Part shown: positions 19,280 through 28,846 of the stretch, piece after piece
Numbering within the stretch: the stretch's first letter is position 1
Layout of the letters: each line of letters begins with the position of its first letter
Assembly: GCA_036170915.1 (NCBI GenBank)
Contig: JAVHQC010000034.1
Coordinates: 1-64,000 of the forward strand
Length of the DNA: 64,000 nt
Source: Cyanobacteria bacterium auto_48_18
GTDB lineage: Bacteria > Cyanobacteriota > Vampirovibrionia > Obscuribacterales > Obscuribacteraceae
Direction: 5' to 3'
The notes under the pieces: model-generated
The model's database searches: none
Told to the model about the DNA's origin: nothing
What the model saw: only the letters and a program-made list of their open reading frames with translations
Program-made: the position numbers and the translations under genes

Positions 19280-21658
19280 CTAGCTCTCAATAATCTTGAG
19301 CTTAGGCAATGCTTTTCTTAGTTCAGCTAAGTCTTGCGGCGTCAATATATCAAACGGTACGCTAAGCTCACGCAGGCTTTTAAATTGTTTAAAATAGATT
19401 AGAGCGTTTCGGGTAAGCCTTTCGCAGCGAGTCAGATCCAGTTCTTTTAGGCCGTGCATCTGAGATATCATGCCTAGGTTTTCGTCTGTCAAATTAGTAT
19501 TGCAGAGCCGTAAACGCCAAACACCTCTTAGCTTAGCTAATAAGGCATAATCTTGTGCTGTCGGCCTGGTGCTCCCAATATTCAAAAATCGCAGTTGTCT
19601 TTCTGGTGCAAGTTTTTCCAACACAGGAGTGATATTTTTCATACTATCGATTTCAATGGTGTTCAGACGAGTAAAACTTTTGCTTTTGCTAAAGGCTTCG
19701 CCTGTGACAAAAGTGTTGCTCAAATTGAGTTCTGTAATTGAATTCATTCTATCGATCCAGCTGAAATCTTCATCATAGATGCGGCTGCCTGCTAAGTCGA
19801 GTTGTCTGGTTTTAGTAAGGCGAACTAAATTAGCTCCTAATTTGGGAACTTTTTTTTCCATATGTCTAAATCGCAGACAAGTGAAATCTTCGGGCCGGAA
19901 AAATTTGATCAGATCGGGATATGTATATACGCAATCTTCGGCATCAAATTTTCTGTTCACATCGACAGGAAATATTAGCTGCCCTATGGCAGCTCTTTGC
20001 CCATCATCACTGTTACTTTGCGATATAATCGTACCCAATTTAATATCTGCAGGAAAGTCAAAAATCAAGAACTTTTTGTCTTGTGAAAGATGGCTGTACG
20101 GAGTTTTTTGCTGTGCCAGAAATTGCTTGATTCTGCTGTGTTGTTGCGGTGTTATTTTGTCCGTGTTTTCGGTCAGTTGATCTACAAGGCTCACACGGTC
20201 TACACTGGGAGGAGCGTCAAGATAGAGTTTGGCTGTGTTTGTTTTTTCAATTCTTTCTGCTTCTGTTTGTCTAGGCTGGAAAAGAAAATTACTCCATAAG
20301 AAGAAGCCGCCCAACAAAGAAAATGTTACGACCGAAAGCGTTATCAGCAATGGCCCTGTTAAATTCCTGTCGTGCGCAGTTTCAGTAGCTACCTGAGCTT
20401 GTTTTGCTCTAGCACTTCTATATGCGGCCACATCTTTGCCATCCCGAATACGTTCGAGATCTATCGCTAGCTCTTTAGCAGATTGATAGCGATCGCGTGG
20501 AAGTTTGGCCAGGCATTTTGCAATTACGGTGTCAACCGAGGTGGGCAGTTGATGGCTTATAACATCAGAAAGTAATGGTGGCGTATCTTCCTCATGCATC
20601 AACGCTATCTTAAGTGACGTGTCTGCCTCAAAGGGAACGAAACCAGTCAATGTCTCAAAGAGTGAGCAACCCACTGAATAAATGTCAGAGCTCGCGTCCA
20701 CTGCATTACCCATGCACTGCTCAGGGCTCATATAATAAGGGCTGCCAAATATCTCACCCACGGCAGTTAGTTCTTGGCCTGCGTTATCACCTTTAACTAA
20801 TTTGGCTATGCCAAAATCAAGAATCTTCACTTCGGCACCATTTGTGCCTTTGTTGCAAATGAAGATATTGGCTGGTTTAATGTCGCGATGTACGATGCCG
20901 TTGCGATGCGCGTAGGCGAGGCCGTCTAACACTGCTAAGAATATTTCTATGGTGCGTTCTAAAGTCTGTGGTCCATCATCTGCAAGTATGTCTTCGAGGT
21001 TGCGCCCCTCAAGATAGTCCATTGAATAATAGAAGATAGATTTTTCGTGAATGCCTAAATCGAAAACGTTGACGAGATTTGGATGCTTTAGCGCGGCCAG
21101 GGTTTTTGCCTCGGCCTGGAAGCGCTGCCAGTATTGTTCGCTTACAAGACTCTGGGCCAATATCTTTAAAGCAAACTTCTGCGGCAGGGTTCGGTGTTGG
21201 GCTAAATAGACTGTTCCCATACCACCTTCGCCGATGGTTGAGATTATTTTAAAGGTGCCACCGATTATAGTGCCTGGGCCTATGGGTATCGATCCAGAGC
21301 CGCCACGTAAGTTTTGTATTTTGCTTCTTGCAATTTGGCGTTTTTGTTGTATTCGATCGGCAACTTGTGTGCGCTTATTTTGTACCGCCGCAAATTTGGG
21401 ACGGCTGCACTGGCACCGTAGCTCTTTAAAAAGAAAGGCGGTAAATGAACCTGCTTTCTGATCTTCAGGGCGAGATTTGCCGCAATTAAGGCAAATGCGC
21501 CCGCTTTTGCCCGGCGCGGTAACATCGTGTGATAGTCTCAGATCTTTCTGCTTGCGCCGCTCGCACTGGCAATATTTATGTTCAAAAAAGTATGACGTAA
21601 TTGAGCCGACTTCAGCCGGCGACTTTTCTTTACCGCAATTTCGACAAAGCTCGCTCAT
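19280..21658 (-). CDS. K2: receptor-like Ser/Thr kinase with LRR ectodomain
   Basis: Two Cys repeats, GEGGMG/HRDIKPAN/DFG/SPE intact, TM, LRR. Confidence 0.93.
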   Translation of the reverse strand: MSELCRNCGKEKSPAEVGSITSYFFEHKYCQCERRKQKDLRLSHDVTAPGKSGRICLNCGKSRPEDQKAGSFTAFLFKELRCQCSRPKFAAVQNKRTQVADRIQQKRQIARSKIQNLRGGSGSIPIGPGTIIGGTFKIISTIGEGGMGTVYLAQHRTLPQKFALKILAQSLVSEQYWQRFQAEAKTLAALKHPNLVNVFDLGIHEKSIFYYSMDYLEGRNLEDILADDGPQTLERTIEIFLAVLDGLAYAHRNGIVHRDIKPANIFICNKGTNGAEVKILDFGIAKLVKGDNAGQELTAVGEIFGSPYYMSPEQCMGNAVDASSDIYSVGCSLFETLTGFVPFEADTSLKIALMHEEDTPPLLSDVISHQLPTSVDTVIAKCLAKLPRDRYQSAKELAIDLERIRDGKDVAAYRSARAKQAQVATETAHDRNLTGPLLITLSVVTFSLLGGFFLWSNFLFQPRQTEAERIEKTNTAKLYLDAPPSVDRVSLVDQLTENTDKITPQQHSRIKQFLAQQKTPYSHLSQDKKFLIFDFPADIKLGTIISQSNSDDGQRAAIGQLIFPVDVNRKFDAEDCVYTYPDLIKFFRPEDFTCLRFRHMEKKVPKLGANLVRLTKTRQLDLAGSRIYDEDFSWIDRMNSITELNLSNTFVTGEAFSKSKSFTRLNTIEIDSMKNITPVLEKLAPERQLRFLNIGSTRPTAQDYALLAKLRGVWRLRLCNTNLTDENLGMISQMHGLKELDLTRCERLTRNALIYFKQFKSLRELSVPFDILTPQDLAELRKALPKLKIIES

Positions 21659-21671
21659 CTACTCATTATAT

Positions 21672-24032
21672 CTAATGTGTAAATGAAAGTTTTGGATTTG
21701 CGCGTTTCACTTCTTCAATTTGAGCTTCTGTGAGCAAGTCTGCTGGTAAGGTCACCGATTCTAGGCTTTTAAATTTGGTCAAAGAGTTTCGACATGCCTG
21801 GGTCAGTCCAATACATTTTGGCAGTCTCAATTGTTTCAATTTTTTTGCTTCAGAGAGCTGCTCAAGATTTTGGTCCGAAATGATAATGTCATCTAAAGCA
21901 AGCTCCTCCAGGTTTGGAATCGCCGCGAGGTTTTTACAGTCTTGAGCAGCAATGCGGCTTCGAACTAAATAGAGGGAAGTCAGCTTATTGCAGTGAGTTA
22001 GTTTCTCTATTAGAGGCGAGGCAGTAGAACACTTTGAAATGTAGAGTGAGTCTAGCTGCGGTAAAACCGTGCTTCTGGCTAAGTCTGCACCATGGGTGGT
22101 TAACTTTAATTCTAAGTTTGTCAGATTTTTGAGTTTATCAAAATACGGAAAATCTTGACTTTCCAATTCAATTGCCACAAACCGCAAACTTTTAAGCGAC
22201 GTCAAATCTGAAATATACCGCATTAGCAGCGGGTTGCTAATTTGGCTGTTTCGAAACTCAAGGGCGTTTATATCGTCTTTCTGGAAGTATTTTAGAAGCT
22301 CTGGATACTCTGCCACGTTGTTATTGGCTTGAATTATCAAAGTGCCGTCTTTTGGCATTGTGATTATGCCGCGCGCCTTGAAAAATCTCTGGTTGGCTAA
22401 ATATGTGAGATTACCCATCGAAAAATCGGTAGGGAAAGAAAATTGCTTTTTCTTGACGCCCTGTACTTCGATAATGCGTGAATAATTTGTGTGCCTAGTT
22501 CGTAAGAATCTGTCCACAAAAGGTTTGTCGGCCATTTCAGAGACAAACTGATCGTCACCATCCGGATCAGAGAAGTTTTTTTCGGTGTCATCATTCTTCT
22601 TTACCGTTTTTTCGACAGTTTCCACTTTTGGCTTTTCAACTGGTTTAAAAAACGCATTCCAAACAAGAAATCCGCCGGTGCCCGCAAACACCAGTATTGT
22701 TGCCAGTACCACCAGTAGTGCTGTGCGATTTTGCTTATCTTCTAGTTCTAGGTCTAGTTCTGGTTCGTCTTCGGCGCGGCCAGGACGAAGGGGGCTATAG
22801 CTTGTCAGATCTTTGCCATCCCTTATGCGCTCCAGGTCTAGCGTGAGCTCTTTGGCAGACTGATAACGGTCACGTGGATGCTTTGCCAGGCATTTGGCAA
22901 TCACCAGGTCTACTGAGTATGGCAATTGATCTGGTATCACCTCTGAGAGCGTCGGCGGCTCGCTTTCCTCGTGCATCATTGCTATTTCGATGGCCGAGTC
23001 AGCCTCAAATGGCACAAAGCCGCTAAGAGTTTCAAACATGGCGCAACCCACTGAATAAATATCAGAGCGTGGGTCCACGGCATTGCCTGCGCATTGTTCT
23101 GGGCTCATGTAAAAAGGGCTGCCGCATATTTCGCCTGCGGCAGTTAGGCCCTGGCCTGCGGTGTCAACGTTGAGCAATTTGGCGATGCCAAAATCTAGAA
23201 TTTTTACGTCGGCGGCGCTTGTGCCCTTATTGCATATGAAAATATTGGCAGGCTTGATATCGCGATGCACGATGCCATTGCGATGGGCATAGGCCAGGCC
23301 ATCTAGTACTGCTAAAAATATTTCTATGGCGCGCTCTAAGGTCTGTGGCCCTTCTTGAGCAAGGATGGTTTCGAGGTTGCGCCCTTCGAGATAATCCATT
23401 GAATAATAGAAGACTGAGTTCTCATGTATGCCTAAGTCATAAACATTGACCAGGTTTGGATGCTTGAGCGCCGCCAGTGTTTTTGCCTCGGCCTGAAAGC
23501 GCTGCCAGTGCTGCGCGCTTACCAGGTTTTGGGCCAATACTTTCAAGGCAAAGTTTTGCGGCAGCGTGCGATGCTGTGCCAGGTATACTGTGCCCATACC
23601 GCCAACGCCGATAACGGAGGATATTTTAAATGTGCCACCGATGATAGTGCCAGGGTTAATCGGTAATGTTGCTGACTCGCCACGGCGATGCAATTGACTT
23701 ATGGCGGTTTGGTTTTTTTGCTTAACCCTATCTGCAACCTGCGTGCGTTTATTTTGTGCCACCGCAAGTTTTGGCTTGCTGCACTGGCAGCGCAGTTCTT
23801 TAAAGAGAAATGCCGTAAAAGAACCAACTTTTTGCTCTTCTGGGCATGACTTGCCACAGTTAAGACAAATGCGCTCACTCTTTCCAGGTGAAGTGGCACT
23901 GCCAGGTAGTCGCATCTCTTTTTGTTTGCGCTGCTCGCACTGGCAATAATTATGTTCGAAAAAATATGCAGTGATAGAGCCGGCCCTTCCCGACGACTTC
24001 TCTTTACCGCAATTTTTGCAAAGCTCACTCAT
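21672..24032 (-). CDS. K3: receptor-like Ser/Thr kinase with LRR ectodomain
   Basis: Same architecture; all Hanks motifs intact. Confidence 0.93.
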   Translation of the reverse strand: MSELCKNCGKEKSSGRAGSITAYFFEHNYCQCEQRKQKEMRLPGSATSPGKSERICLNCGKSCPEEQKVGSFTAFLFKELRCQCSKPKLAVAQNKRTQVADRVKQKNQTAISQLHRRGESATLPINPGTIIGGTFKISSVIGVGGMGTVYLAQHRTLPQNFALKVLAQNLVSAQHWQRFQAEAKTLAALKHPNLVNVYDLGIHENSVFYYSMDYLEGRNLETILAQEGPQTLERAIEIFLAVLDGLAYAHRNGIVHRDIKPANIFICNKGTSAADVKILDFGIAKLLNVDTAGQGLTAAGEICGSPFYMSPEQCAGNAVDPRSDIYSVGCAMFETLSGFVPFEADSAIEIAMMHEESEPPTLSEVIPDQLPYSVDLVIAKCLAKHPRDRYQSAKELTLDLERIRDGKDLTSYSPLRPGRAEDEPELDLELEDKQNRTALLVVLATILVFAGTGGFLVWNAFFKPVEKPKVETVEKTVKKNDDTEKNFSDPDGDDQFVSEMADKPFVDRFLRTRHTNYSRIIEVQGVKKKQFSFPTDFSMGNLTYLANQRFFKARGIITMPKDGTLIIQANNNVAEYPELLKYFQKDDINALEFRNSQISNPLLMRYISDLTSLKSLRFVAIELESQDFPYFDKLKNLTNLELKLTTHGADLARSTVLPQLDSLYISKCSTASPLIEKLTHCNKLTSLYLVRSRIAAQDCKNLAAIPNLEELALDDIIISDQNLEQLSEAKKLKQLRLPKCIGLTQACRNSLTKFKSLESVTLPADLLTEAQIEEVKRANPKLSFTH
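23919..24032. repeat. 114-bp exact direct repeat, copy 1 (5' end of K3)
   Basis: Identical to 26355-26468. Confidence 0.9.
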
Positions 24033-24092
24033 GTCATTACTCTATGCGAATGCTGCCTGTAGCCTTAAGTGTGGTAATTTTCAATGTTACTG

Positions 24093-26468
24093 TTACAGCT
24101 GGTCGATTCGGGTTTTTGGTAATGCTTTTCTAAGAGCAGCCATATCTTGCGGTGAGAGTATGTTACTGGGTATCGTAAGGTTACGCAGGTTTTTAAATTG
24201 TTTAAAATAGACAAGAGAATACTTGGTTAAGCCTTTGCAGAAGCGAAGATTCAATTCTCTCAATGACTGCATCCGCACTAGTGATTTTATGTTTTCGTCT
24301 TTCAAAGTCGTACCATAAATAATTAGAGATTTAACACCAGATAATTTTGACAGTAATGCAAAGTCTCTTGCTGTGGGCTTAGTGGCACCGATACTGATGA
24401 ATCGCAGTTGCCGTTCTGGTGAAATTTTTTCCAACACAGGCGTGATATTCTTCATGCCATTTATAATGTAGGAATCGAGACGAGTGAAAATTTTGCTCTT
24501 ACTAAAACCGTCGCCGGTTACTTTAGTATTGCTCAGGTCGAGAAAAATAACTGATTTCATTTTGTCGAGCCAGCGGAGATCTTCATCCTCAATATTGCTG
24601 CCTGCTAAAACAAGCTCTTTGGTCTTGGTTAGGCGAACTAAATTAGGTCCTAATTGGGGATTTTTCTTTGCCATGTTCGTAAATTCTAGACAGGTAAAAT
24701 CGTCGGTTCTAAAAAACTTGATCAGATCAGGATACTCTTTTACACTGTCTCCGGCAACGAATTGGGCGATACTACCGACAGGTATTTCTACCTGACCGTT
24801 GGCGTTTACTTGTGTGAATTTATTGCCTTTCTTATAAGTAATTGTGCCCAAACTAATATCGGCAGGAAAATCAAAAATTTGAAGTTCTCCGTGTAGCGAT
24901 AAGTGGCTGTAGGGCGTCTTTCTCTGTGCTAGGTATTGCTTGATATTAGTATGGTGTTGCGGTGTTAATTTGTCCGTGTAGTTAGTACGTGACTCTAGAA
25001 TGTAACTTTGGTCTACAGTGTAAGCTTCATCAGAAAGAAACAGTTTGATTGCTTTTGTTTTTTCAGTTCTTACTGTTTCTATTCGTGCTGGCGTGAGCAT
25101 CGTGTTCCATAGAAAATAGCCGCCCATTAAAAGGAAGGTCGCCACCGCTCCTCCAATCAGCAAGGGTCCTGTCAAATTTTTGCCGTGCTCAGCTTCAGTA
25201 TTGACGTGAGCTTTTTTCTCACCAGCACTTCTGTACTCGGCAACATCTTTACCCTCCTTTATGCGCTCAAGATCAAGAGACAACTCTTTGGCTGATTGAT
25301 ATCGGTCGCGGGGGTTTTTAGCCAGACATTTTGCTATTACAGCATCAACCGAAGAAGGTAGCTGATTACTCATAACGTCCGAAATTAATGGTGGTGTGTT
25401 TTCTTCATGCATCAATGCTATTTCAAGTGACGAGTCAGCCTCAAAGGGCACGAAACCGCTGAGACTTTCAAACAATGAGCAGCCCACTGAATAAATATCA
25501 GAGCGTGCGTCCACTGCATTTCCCATACATTGTTCTGGGCTCATGTAAAAAGGGCTGCCAAATACTTCGCCTGCGGCAGTTAGTTCTTGCCCGGCATTGT
25601 CACCTTTCACCAATTTGGCAATGCCAAAGTCGAGAATTTTTACTTCGGCGGCGCTTGTGCCTTTATTGCATATGAAAATATTGGCAGGCTTGATATCGCG
25701 ATGCACAATGCCGTTGCGATGGGCATAGGCGAGGCCATCTAGTACTGCCAAGAATATTTCGATGGTGCGCTCTAGAGTCTGTGGTCCATTATTTGCAAGT
25801 ATGTCTTCGAGGTTGCGCCCCTCGAGATAGTCCATTGAATAATAAAAGACTGAGTTCTCATGTATGCCTAAGTCATAAACATTGACCAGGTTTGGATGCT
25901 TGAGCGCAGCAAGGGTTTTTGCCTCGGCCTGAAAGCGCTGCCAATATTGTTCGCTTACAAGACTCTGGGCCAATATTTTTAAGGCAAATTTTTGCGGCAA
26001 AGTGCGGTGTTGGGCTAAGTAGACCGTTCCCATGCCCCCTTCGCCAATAATGGAAGCTATTTTAAATGTGCCACCGATTATGGTGCCCGGGCCAATTGGT
26101 ATTGCTTCTCCATGGCGTAACCTGTCCATGTGGCGTCGGGCCGTCTGACGTTTTTGTTTAAATCTTTCTGCAACCTGCGTACGTTTACTTTGAGCTACTG
26201 CAAATTTAGGCTTGCTGCACTGGCAGCGCAGTTCCTTAAACAGAAATGCTGTAAATGAGCCGGCTCTTTGATCTTCTGGGCACGACTTGCCGCAAGCAAG
26301 ACAAATGCGTTCACTTTTGCCTGGCGCGGTGGCTTTTCTCGATAGTCTCAGGTTTTTTTGTTTGCGCTGCTCGCACTGGCAATAATTATGTTCGAAAAAA
26401 TATGCAGTGATAGAGCCGGCCCTTCCCGACGACTTCTCTTTACCGCAATTTTTGCAAAGCTCACTCAT
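24093..26468 (-). CDS. K4: receptor-like Ser/Thr kinase with LRR ectodomain
   Basis: Same architecture; all Hanks motifs intact. Confidence 0.93.
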   Translation of the reverse strand: MSELCKNCGKEKSSGRAGSITAYFFEHNYCQCEQRKQKNLRLSRKATAPGKSERICLACGKSCPEDQRAGSFTAFLFKELRCQCSKPKFAVAQSKRTQVAERFKQKRQTARRHMDRLRHGEAIPIGPGTIIGGTFKIASIIGEGGMGTVYLAQHRTLPQKFALKILAQSLVSEQYWQRFQAEAKTLAALKHPNLVNVYDLGIHENSVFYYSMDYLEGRNLEDILANNGPQTLERTIEIFLAVLDGLAYAHRNGIVHRDIKPANIFICNKGTSAAEVKILDFGIAKLVKGDNAGQELTAAGEVFGSPFYMSPEQCMGNAVDARSDIYSVGCSLFESLSGFVPFEADSSLEIALMHEENTPPLISDVMSNQLPSSVDAVIAKCLAKNPRDRYQSAKELSLDLERIKEGKDVAEYRSAGEKKAHVNTEAEHGKNLTGPLLIGGAVATFLLMGGYFLWNTMLTPARIETVRTEKTKAIKLFLSDEAYTVDQSYILESRTNYTDKLTPQHHTNIKQYLAQRKTPYSHLSLHGELQIFDFPADISLGTITYKKGNKFTQVNANGQVEIPVGSIAQFVAGDSVKEYPDLIKFFRTDDFTCLEFTNMAKKNPQLGPNLVRLTKTKELVLAGSNIEDEDLRWLDKMKSVIFLDLSNTKVTGDGFSKSKIFTRLDSYIINGMKNITPVLEKISPERQLRFISIGATKPTARDFALLSKLSGVKSLIIYGTTLKDENIKSLVRMQSLRELNLRFCKGLTKYSLVYFKQFKNLRNLTIPSNILSPQDMAALRKALPKTRIDQL
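26355..26468. repeat. 114-bp exact direct repeat, copy 2 (5' end of K4)
   Basis: Identical to 23919-24032. Confidence 0.9.
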
Positions 26469-26473
26469 TGGCT

Positions 26474-28846
26474 TTAGCCTTCAAAGATTTTGGTTTTGGG
26501 CAAGGCTTTTCTCAGTGCGGCGATCTCTTCTGGCGAAAATGCTGGCGGCAATCGCAGTGTAAGCAGACTCTTTAGATTTTTAAGATATGCCAGCGATGTT
26601 TTTGTCATTCCTTCGCAGCCGCTAAGGTTTAAGCCTTTTAGTGATTGGTTTTTTGTCAGCAATGCTAAATTCTCATCGTTCAATTTGAAATTGTCGATGG
26701 TCAAATTTTCTAGATTCGACAACTTCGACAGCAAGTCAAAATCTTTTGCTGTTAATTTCGAGTGGCCAATATCAACAAATTTCAAACGCCTCTGTGGTGG
26801 GATTTTTTCCAATACAGCAGTGGTATTGCTCATACCATTAATGTCAAAACTATTGAGGTGACTGAAGACTTTGCTCTTGCCAAAAGCTTCGCCTGTTATC
26901 TTTGTAAATCTCAAATTGAAACTAGTGAGTGACTTCATTTCATCAAGCCAGCGTAAGTCGCTGTCATCGATAGCGCTATAGTTTAGATCGAGTTGCTTTG
27001 TCAAATTAAGGCGCACTAGATTAGGACCCAAGCGGTCATTTTTCACATTTGCATTTCTGAAGGCCAGGCTTGTAAAGTCTTCGGGTCTAAAGAACTTGAT
27101 CAGATCTGGATAAGCTTTTGTGTAATCTGAAGCTTCAAATCGGCTAGATATGTTAGTGGGAACCTTTACTTGACCCTGAGCCTTAACGCTAAGAAACTGC
27201 GTTTTAGCAGGGTTTTTGAATATGACCTTGCCCAGATTAATATCAGCAGGAAAATCGAAAATTAGAAACTTTCGGTCAGGCGAAAAGTGGCTATACGGCG
27301 TCTTTCTTTCTATTAGAAATTGCTGGATTCTGTTTTGTTGCTGCTCTGCTACTACAAACGTACTGTCAGTTTGTGAGTCTATTATAGAATCTTGGTCTAA
27401 AATCACCCTCTTGTCAAAGAGCAGTGATACTGGTTTTATTTTCGCAATTCTTTCTGCTTCTGGTCTTGCTGGTGGGTAGACCACAATCCATAACGCGTAA
27501 CCGCCTAGTAAAAGTAATACCATCGTAACTGGTATTAGCCATCTCCTGGTGAGATTATCGTCATGCTCCTCAACGCTGCCCTGCGCCTCTTGTACTTCGG
27601 CAGTTCTATATGCTGCCACTTCTTTGCCATCGCGAATGCGCTCGAGATCAAGCGCTAGCTCCTTAGCTGATTGATAGCGATCTCGCGGCAACTTGGCCAT
27701 GCATTTAGAGATAACAGTATCAACAGAAGTGGGTAATTCAACACTTGCAACATCAGAAAGTAGTGGTGGTTCATTTTCTTGATGCATAAGCGCAATTGCA
27801 AGTGACGAGTCAGCCTCGAAGGGAACAAAACCGGTCAATGTTTCGAACAGAGAGCAGCCCACTGAATAAATGTCAGAGCGCGAGTCCACAGCGTTTCCCA
27901 TGCATTGTTCGGGGCTCATGTAGTAAGGGCTGCCGAATATTTCGCCTACGGCCGTTAGTTCTTGCCCTGCTTTGTCACCTTTCACTAATTTGGCTATGCC
28001 AAAGTCAAGAATTTTCACTTCAGAACTACTTGTGCCTTTATTACAGATAAAAATATTTGCTGGTTTGATATCGCGATGCACAATGCCATTGCGATGCGCG
28101 TATGCAAGGCCATCTAGCACGGCTAGAAATATTTCTATGGTGCGTTCTAGAGTCGGTGGCCCATCCTTTGCAAGTATATCTTCGAGGTTGCGCCCTTCAA
28201 GATAATCCATAGAATAGTAAAAGACCGAGTTTTCGTGAATGCCCAGATCAAATACTTGAACAAGATTTGGATGCTTCAGCGCAGCAAGAGTTTTTGCCTC
28301 GGCCTGAAAGCGTTGCCAATATTTTTCGCTTACAAGACTCTGCGCTAATATCTTTAAGGCAAACTTCTGCGGCAGAATGCGGTGCTGGGCTAAGTAGACC
28401 GTTCCCATACCACCTTCGCCGATGGTCGAGGCTATTTTAAATGTGCCACCAATAATAGTGCCAGGGCCTATGGGGATGGGCCCCGATTGACCGAAGCTTT
28501 GTATTCTGCTTCTGGCGGTCTGGCGTTTCTGTTTGATTCTATCGGCAACTTGTGTGCGTTTGTTTTCTGCTGCCGCAAATTTAGGCACGCTGCAGTGGCA
28601 ACGTAGTTCTTTAAAGAGAAATGACGTGAATGAGCCGGCTTTTTGTTCTTGGGGGCGAGACTTGCCGCAAGCAAGACAAATGCGTCCGCTTTTGCCTGGC
28701 ACCGTAGCACTTTTCGATAGTCTCAAATCTTGCTGTTTGCGCCGCTCACACTGGCAATATTTATGTTCGAAAAAATACGACGTGATTGAACCGGCCCTGT
28801 CAGGCGACTCTGCTTTACCGCATCTGGTGCAAAGTTGTTCTGTCAT
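26474..28846 (-). CDS. K5: receptor-like Ser/Thr kinase with LRR ectodomain
   Basis: Same architecture; start overlaps the K6 stop (ATGA). Confidence 0.93.
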   Translation of the reverse strand: MTEQLCTRCGKAESPDRAGSITSYFFEHKYCQCERRKQQDLRLSKSATVPGKSGRICLACGKSRPQEQKAGSFTSFLFKELRCHCSVPKFAAAENKRTQVADRIKQKRQTARSRIQSFGQSGPIPIGPGTIIGGTFKIASTIGEGGMGTVYLAQHRILPQKFALKILAQSLVSEKYWQRFQAEAKTLAALKHPNLVQVFDLGIHENSVFYYSMDYLEGRNLEDILAKDGPPTLERTIEIFLAVLDGLAYAHRNGIVHRDIKPANIFICNKGTSSSEVKILDFGIAKLVKGDKAGQELTAVGEIFGSPYYMSPEQCMGNAVDSRSDIYSVGCSLFETLTGFVPFEADSSLAIALMHQENEPPLLSDVASVELPTSVDTVISKCMAKLPRDRYQSAKELALDLERIRDGKEVAAYRTAEVQEAQGSVEEHDDNLTRRWLIPVTMVLLLLGGYALWIVVYPPARPEAERIAKIKPVSLLFDKRVILDQDSIIDSQTDSTFVVAEQQQNRIQQFLIERKTPYSHFSPDRKFLIFDFPADINLGKVIFKNPAKTQFLSVKAQGQVKVPTNISSRFEASDYTKAYPDLIKFFRPEDFTSLAFRNANVKNDRLGPNLVRLNLTKQLDLNYSAIDDSDLRWLDEMKSLTSFNLRFTKITGEAFGKSKVFSHLNSFDINGMSNTTAVLEKIPPQRRLKFVDIGHSKLTAKDFDLLSKLSNLENLTIDNFKLNDENLALLTKNQSLKGLNLSGCEGMTKTSLAYLKNLKSLLTLRLPPAFSPEEIAALRKALPKTKIFEG

